From Candidatus Bathyarchaeota archaeon (GTDB lineage Archaea; Thermoproteota; Bathyarchaeia; Hecatellales; Hecatellaceae): DNA of 64,000 nucleotides. The stretch is taken from contig JBQPWD010000007.1 in assembly GCA_052246995.1 (NCBI GenBank), forward strand, positions 37,111-101,110. The letters run 5' to 3'. Both the position numbers and the translations under genes were made by a program. The notes under the pieces were generated by a model that was not told the origin of the DNA, made no database searches, and saw nothing but the letters and a program-made list of their open reading frames with translations. Shown in pieces: positions 58,777 to 64,000 of the stretch (position 1 is its first letter; each line of letters starts with the position of its first letter).

Positions 58777-59466
58777 TTGGTGATTGTGTTGATTGAGTTA
58801 AGATGGCTTGGTCATAGTGCGTTTGAAATCTCATCTAAAAAGCTTGTAATTTACGTTGACCCGTACATTTCAGGAAACCCGGAAGCGCCTGTAAAGGTTG
58901 AAGAAATTAGAAAAGCTAACTATATACTTGTAACCCATGACCACTTTGACCATCTTGGGGATGCTGTAACCATAGCAAAAAACACTGGTTCAAAAATTGT
59001 TGTAGTACCTGAGCTTGCTGGGAAACTTGGTGGAGAAGGTGTTGGTGTTATTGCACTTAACATGGGTTCAATGATAAAGCTTGAGGAGGACTTCTCTGTT
59101 GGAATGGTACAAGCATTCCATACTTCAACCGTTGGAGCACCTGTGGGTTTTGTTTTCACGGTTAGTGGTAAAACATTCTACCATGCAGGAGATACCTGTC
59201 TTTTTGGAGATATGAAACTTATAGGTGAAGTCTACAAACCCGAAGTAGCTCTCCTTCCAATAGGTGGATACTATACTATGGGGCCAAAAGAAGCTGCTGT
59301 TGCAACTTTACTGTTAAAGCCAAAGGTTGCTATACCAATGCACTATAAAACGTTTCCTGTTCTTGAGCAAAATGCTGAGAAGTTTTTAAATGAGGTTAGA
59401 AGAGTTTCACCAGAAGTTAAAGTTGTTGTCTTAAAGCCTGGAGAAAAATTTAAATTAGAAGTTTAA
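58777..59466 (+). CDS. Metal-dependent hydrolase, MBL fold (UPF0173)
   Basis: WLGHS, DPY, THDHFDH, YHAGDT, LPIGG.YTMG and PMHY.TFP motifs. Confidence 0.92.
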   Translation: MVIVLIELRWLGHSAFEISSKKLVIYVDPYISGNPEAPVKVEEIRKANYILVTHDHFDHLGDAVTIAKNTGSKIVVVPELAGKLGGEGVGVIALNMGSMIKLEEDFSVGMVQAFHTSTVGAPVGFVFTVSGKTFYHAGDTCLFGDMKLIGEVYKPEVALLPIGGYYTMGPKEAAVATLLLKPKVAIPMHYKTFPVLEQNAEKFLNEVRRVSPEVKVVVLKPGEKFKLEV

Positions 59467-59603
59467 ATTTTAATTTTTTACTTTTTAAAAAAGTACCTTA
59501 ATATAATTTCACTATAGCTGTACAAGCAGGTTTGCTTCTAAAAATTAAACTACGGTTAATGTTCATCAATTCTAAAGCTTAAATTTAATTACCTTCTTCA
59601 AAA

Positions 59604-59831
59604 CTATTCTTTAAGTAGCTTTTTTACAGCAATTTCAACATCCTCTTTTTTTATAGTTTTTCTTCCTGCATGAGCACAATAGTCCATTGCTTCCTTAGCA
59701 ATTTTTATACCAACATCCTCCAATGCTTTCCTAAGCTCATCTGCAGCGCCTTCACTAACTCTATAAGCACCACCAGTTGCTTTTTTTATAAGCCTATGGA
59801 TGGGTGCAAGGGACATTTCTTTTTCAGACAT
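59604..59831 (-). CDS. Archaeal histone
   Basis: LAPIHRLIK..RVS..A...L...AHAGRKTIKKED histone fold. Start ATG 59831. Confidence 0.95.
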   Translation of the reverse strand: MSEKEMSLAPIHRLIKKATGGAYRVSEGAADELRKALEDVGIKIAKEAMDYCAHAGRKTIKKEDVEIAVKKLLKE

Positions 59832-60000
59832 GCTTACAACCCCCTTAAACTTGTTTTTAATCACTCCTGAGGATTAATAACTACTACCTAGGTTTAGGCT
59901 TAAAATGTTTTTGTTCATAAATAAAGAAAAATGTAAAAAAATACTAGGCATCCGCAAGAAAAACCCTTTTATACTGGAATTAAGAATCTTTGAAAAAGAG

Positions 60001-60201
60001 TTGGGATCCGTCAGAACTACGCTTATAAAAAGAATTTCAAGACAATTGATAGAAAAATATCCTGAGGTATTTACTGAAGATTTTGAAAAAAATAAGAAGG
60101 TAGTAGGCGAAGTTCTTAAAACCAATTCAAAAGAAGTTAAAAACCAAGTTGCAGGATACATAACAAGTATAATAAAAGTTTACAAGAAAACATCTAAATA
60201 A
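60001..60201 (+). CDS. rps17e: 30S ribosomal protein S17e
   Basis: MGSVRTTLIKRISRQLIEKYP..FT.DFE.NK...SK..KN.VAGYIT; TTG start at 60001. Confidence 0.95.
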   Translation: MGSVRTTLIKRISRQLIEKYPEVFTEDFEKNKKVVGEVLKTNSKEVKNQVAGYITSIIKVYKKTSK

Positions 60202-60319
60202 ATGGAAAACTTTTATGTAGCCTTTAAATGTAAAGTTATGTTAAATTTTCCAATATCGGTTAAACCTAGAGATGTAGGATTTGCTAATTTTTCAGGCATT
60301 CCAGGGTAAATCCTAAATT

Positions 60320-62251
60320 TTAAATGCGTTTAAGTTTGGATACAGCCTCTCTAACTTCATCTACAGAGGCTTCAGCTTCTAGTGTGGAAAGGTCGCCTAA
60401 CGGTTCTCCTGTCCAAAGTTTTTTCATAACTCTCCTCATTATCTTTCCGCTTTTTGTTTTTGGAAGCATATTAACAAACTCTATCCCTCTAAAGACAACA
60501 AGAGGGCCGAAAGTTTTTTTGACATGTTCAATTATTTCCTTCTTCAACCCATCTGAAGGTTGATGACCTGGTTTAAGTACAACAAAGGCGGCTGCAGCCT
60601 CTCCTTTAATTTCATCTGGAACACCACAAACACCTGCTTCGGCAACAGCTGGATGCGATACAATCGCATTTTCCACTTCTATAGTTCCTATTCTGTGTCC
60701 AGATATCTTTATTACTTCGTCAGCCCTCCCACAGAACCATATATATCCATCCTCATCAATATACGCAGAATCCCCAGTATAATATCTGCCACTAGTGAGG
60801 GGATCATGCTCCCAATACTCTCTTCTATATCTCTCCGGGTCACCCCATAGCGTCGGCGTCATGCCGGGAACAGGTTTTTTAAGTAAAAGTATGCCTTTTT
60901 CTCCAGGTTTGCAGGGCTCACCTTTGATTTCACCAACTATTTCCGGAATTACACCAGGTACTGGAAAACCTGCCGACCCAGGTCTTATCTCAGGTAATTC
61001 AACCCCATAAGGATAACCAAACATCGCACCAGGGATTTCTGTCTGCCACATGTGATCGATAACAGGTATCCTTCCTTTAAGTACTTCATCTCGAAGCCAG
61101 AATAAAACTTGTGGATTAAGAACCTCTCCAGCGCAAACTATCCTTTGTAACGAACTGAGGTCATGCTTTTCCGCTTGCTCAGTTCCAAGTTTACGTAGCA
61201 TCCTAGCACCAGTTGGCGATATCCATGCTATGGTAGCCTTGTTTTTTTCCATTACTTCCCACCATTGGTCAGGTTTAGGATAGTCAGGAGTTCCCTCGTA
61301 CATGATGACGGTGCAGCCTATAAGTAAGGGGGCAAATGCTATATAACTATGACCAACAATCCATCCTATGTCGGTTGTGTTGAATAAGACGTCCCGCGGA
61401 TTAAGACCGTAAATCCATTTTGCAGTCCAATATGTCCAAATTTGGAAACCTCCGTGGACATGGACTGTTGGTTTCGGTTTTGCCGTTGTACCGGAGGTGC
61501 ATAGTATGAATAAAGGCTCATTTGCCTCAAGGGGGATGTATCCTTCATCACCCCACTTTCCTTTTTCTTCAAACTCCTCGAGTAAAATATCCTTTTTAGT
61601 AAGGGTAAGTTCCGTGTTGCTTACACAGTTAATTATAACGTGTTCTATTTGCTCAACTGTTTCAGGAGAACATAATTTAAAAGCTTCGTACAACATTTCC
61701 TTTAGTCTTACCTCTCTTCCCCTTCTAATGGTAATATCTTGGGTTAGTGCTGCTTTTGGCCTAGTTAATTCTATGCGGTCAGCAACAGCCCCTGATGAAA
61801 AGCCAGCAAAGACAACCGCTGGCAGTGCACCTATCCTACAAGCAGCGTGCATCATCACCATAGCCTCTATGCTGTTGGGAATATAAAGCAAAATTCGATC
61901 GCCTTTTTGGATACCTATGTTTCTAAGTGCGGCAGACCATTTTTTTACTTTTTCATAAAGTTCCCCATAGGTTATTTTTCTTGAAATCCCTAGTTCCGGT
62001 GCTTCGTGAACATAGGCTACCTTGCCATGATACCTAGAAACCTTATAGTCTACACAATTATAACTAACGTTTGTTAGACCACCAACATACCATTTAAAAG
62101 TAGGATAAGACCACTCAAACACTTTATCCCATTTTTTGAACCAATAAATGTCATCTATAGCTTTTTCTGCATGCTCACTCCAAAAGCCTTCCGGATCTTC
62201 AATTGAATACTTCCAAAGTTCATAATATTTTGAGGCTTTAACTGTGAGCAT
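60320..62251 (-). CDS. acs: Acetyl-CoA synthetase (AMP-forming) family acyl-CoA ligase
   Basis: TSGTTAKPK, DIGWIVGHSY, WQTE, YYTGD, GRADEVIKISGHRIG and LPKTKSGKIMRR motifs. Confidence 0.92.
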   Translation of the reverse strand: MLTVKASKYYELWKYSIEDPEGFWSEHAEKAIDDIYWFKKWDKVFEWSYPTFKWYVGGLTNVSYNCVDYKVSRYHGKVAYVHEAPELGISRKITYGELYEKVKKWSAALRNIGIQKGDRILLYIPNSIEAMVMMHAACRIGALPAVVFAGFSSGAVADRIELTRPKAALTQDITIRRGREVRLKEMLYEAFKLCSPETVEQIEHVIINCVSNTELTLTKKDILLEEFEEKGKWGDEGYIPLEANEPLFILCTSGTTAKPKPTVHVHGGFQIWTYWTAKWIYGLNPRDVLFNTTDIGWIVGHSYIAFAPLLIGCTVIMYEGTPDYPKPDQWWEVMEKNKATIAWISPTGARMLRKLGTEQAEKHDLSSLQRIVCAGEVLNPQVLFWLRDEVLKGRIPVIDHMWQTEIPGAMFGYPYGVELPEIRPGSAGFPVPGVIPEIVGEIKGEPCKPGEKGILLLKKPVPGMTPTLWGDPERYRREYWEHDPLTSGRYYTGDSAYIDEDGYIWFCGRADEVIKISGHRIGTIEVENAIVSHPAVAEAGVCGVPDEIKGEAAAAFVVLKPGHQPSDGLKKEIIEHVKKTFGPLVVFRGIEFVNMLPKTKSGKIMRRVMKKLWTGEPLGDLSTLEAEASVDEVREAVSKLKRI

Positions 62252-62928
62252 GCTTAATCACCTAATTTTGTTTTAAAAAGCTAAACTCTTCAAGTAAAAT
62301 TTTTACATTGCTTCATATTAAATTTTTACGTTTATAATCATAATATTAAATATGGAAAGAAATAAAAACAGTAACTGAGAATTAAATGAATAAAAATTAT
62401 AAAAATTACGCCATACGTAAAAAGGAAAACTTAGAAGCAAAAAGCTAAACCTTCTCAACAGACTGTTACATCTCCTATCTGCAGCGAATTATGGTAACAC
62501 ACATTTTGACATTGCTGAGTGGAACATTGAAGAATTTGGATAGGCACTTTTTACTCTGCTATTTGTTACTGAATAATCGGTGTCTAATGGAAAATGCTGA
62601 ACACTCTTTTTAACAGTTCCAGGCGGCTTGTTTGCCTTGCGATATAGACATAAGTTTTTCAATAAACTCTAAGGAAAGGTAGGGATGAGTAAAATATGAC
62701 AACTATGGTTGGCTAAGAGTTTAGGTCTTATCTCTTGAATGCTCTGAAGAGGGTTGATGAGGTTAGTGAAAGATTCTTGACTTTCAAGAGTCAAACATTT
62801 ATAACGTTTACGAAAAACTTATTTATCAAACAACAAAGATGTCCAGTTTTTCTATTCTTAACTTTTCCAAAAAAATTTATTTTAAGTGGATTTTTAAGAA
62901 TAAAGCTTGTGCTAACTGTTCTACGGAT

Positions 62929-63195
62929 TTATCCAGCTGTTGTTGGTGGTGGGGAAATTTTAGATTCAATTCCTAAAATTTTTTCGTTCATTTTTTGAAC
63001 ATCAGATTTAAGTTTTTCTAAATCCTGGGAAATTTTAGATTCAATTCCTAAAATTTTTTCGTTCATTTTTTGAACATCAGATTTAAGTTTTTCTAAGTCT
63101 CCTTCCATCCTTTCAACAATAGCGGCCATTGACGGTTTCTTTGGTTTTTTAGGTTTTTTTTCAACTTTTTTAACCTTCTTTTCTTTTTTCGCCAA
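62929..63195 (-). CDS. Small Lys-rich coiled-coil protein with an internal 25-aa duplication
   Basis: TTG start after a GGGGTAAGG RBS-like motif; basic N-terminus; DLEKLKSDVQKMNEKILGIESKIS occurs twice. Confidence 0.7.
   Translation of the reverse strand: MAKKEKKVKKVEKKPKKPKKPSMAAIVERMEGDLEKLKSDVQKMNEKILGIESKISQDLEKLKSDVQKMNEKILGIESKISPPPTTAG
62952..63099. repeat. Tandem direct repeat, 75-bp period, about 2 copies
   Basis: 62952-63021 is identical to 63027-63096; the next base differs (synonymous GAT/GAC). Confidence 0.95.
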
Positions 63196-63340
63196 TCCTT
63201 ACCCCCATTTTTTAATTTATAAGTTAAAGTATATGAAAGTTACCATAATTTAACAATTTAGATGTTTCTTTTTTAAGAGTTGGAGAAGACTTTTTAGGTT
63301 TAAATAACTTCTAAACCTTATTCTAGGTAGGTGTGGAAAT

Positions 63341-64000
63341 GTGGTAACAGAGGTTCAGTTAAGAGTTGCAGAAGCAAAACAGAGAGATGTTGGCAGATGT
63401 AAGGCTAGAATAGACCAAAAAACAATGGAACTTTTAGGGGTTGTTGCTGGAGATGTGATTGAGATTAAAGGTAGGAGAGTTACACCTGCTATAGCATGGC
63501 CAGCTTATCCTGAAGACCAAGGTGCAGGAATAATAAGAATTGATGGTTTAACCAGAAGAAACGCAAACGTTTCCCTAAATGATTATGTTACAGTTAGGAA
63601 AGCTAAAGTTCAAGATGCTCAATCAGTTACACTTGCACCGGTAGATACAAGAATAGAGTTTGACCCAGACTTTACAAACTTTGTTAAATCTAGACTTTTA
63701 GAAACACCACTAATTCAAGGGGATGTTGTTCTTTTATCAGTTTTTGGAAATGCCATACCATTTACAGTTGTACGTACAAGACCAAGCGGTATTGTTAAAG
63801 TTGTTCCTATGACAGTATTCCAAGTTTTAAGTGAACCTACACCTGAAAAGAAGGGTATACCGAGGGTAACCTATGAGGATATAGGTGGACTTAAAGAGGC
63901 TGTTCAAAGAATTAGGGAAATGGTTGAACTACCATTAAGGCATCCTGAACTTTTCCAGAGGCTGGGTATTGACCCTCCTAAGGGTGTTCTTCTTTACGGT
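63341..64000 (+). CDS. cdc48: CDC48/VCP family AAA ATPase (5' part; runs off the window end)
   Basis: Manual translation from GTG 63341: [36 protein letters not shown]...[30 protein letters not shown]. Confidence 0.96.
   Translation, partial: MVTEVQLRVAEAKQRDVGRCKARIDQKTMELLGVVAGDVIEIKGRRVTPAIAWPAYPEDQGAGIIRIDGLTRRNANVSLNDYVTVRKAKVQDAQSVTLAPVDTRIEFDPDFTNFVKSRLLETPLIQGDVVLLSVFGNAIPFTVVRTRPSGIVKVVPMTVFQVLSEPTPEKKGIPRVTYEDIGGLKEAVQRIREMVELPLRHPELFQRLGIDPPKGVLLYG

Noticed and set aside
59874-60000. Upstream extension of S17e and the antisense 95-aa ORF
   Set aside because: S17e homology begins at TTG 60001; the remainder is promoter DNA or shadow.
892-61886. Numerous 60-136 aa ORFs antisense to or nested in long genes (e.g. 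4763-5095, 18912-19322, 57994-58380, 61497-61886)
   Set aside because: They lie within well-supported genes and lack motifs; they are expected shadow ORFs.
62400-62928. Possible HEPN-like or other gene remnants and the 87-aa ORF 62735-62998
   Set aside because: Multiple stops and only vague similarity (RSYLLNALKRVDEVSE); cannot be supported without BLASTX.
1-64000. CRISPR array, rRNA, integrase, transposase or recognisable defence system
   Set aside because: No regularly spaced repeats with unique spacers and no such protein motifs were seen. The only long tandem repeat is the coding 75-bp duplication.

Overview
AT-rich archaeal chromosomal window, most likely Bathyarchaeia or a related TACK lineage. 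This placement is inferred from the histone, S30e, S17e, Nop5/fibrillarin, methanopterin genes and a multi-intron tRNA. The window is gene-dense and mostly housekeeping: information processing (PCNA, two TFS, aIF2-gamma, Kae1/Bud32, EF-1beta, HisRS, EndA, RtcB, TBP, Lhr, RNase HII, CDC48) and cofactor or central metabolism (pncB, thiL, tenA/cytX/thiR, mptA/mptE/DHPS-like, pyrD/pyrK, ilvD, HMG-CoA reductase, acs), plus three tRNAs. No CRISPR array, rRNA, integrase or transposase was seen. Most notable: (1) tRNA-Lys(CTT) with two non-canonical BHB introns at 30/31 and 59/60, together with an EndA homologue lacking the catalytic His; (2) a glycerophosphodiesterase fused to a nucleoside-deoxyribosyltransferase-like domain; (3) an ABC-2 exporter embedded in the methanopterin biosynthesis cluster; (4) a perfect 20-bp-arm palindrome over a PadR-ABC promoter; (5) an orphan acetylene-hydratase-family Mo/W enzyme; (6) Lys/Glu-rich microproteins, one with a recent 75-bp duplication; (7) a frameshifted sua5 remnant. 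All calls come from motif recognition by eye; no database searches were run.
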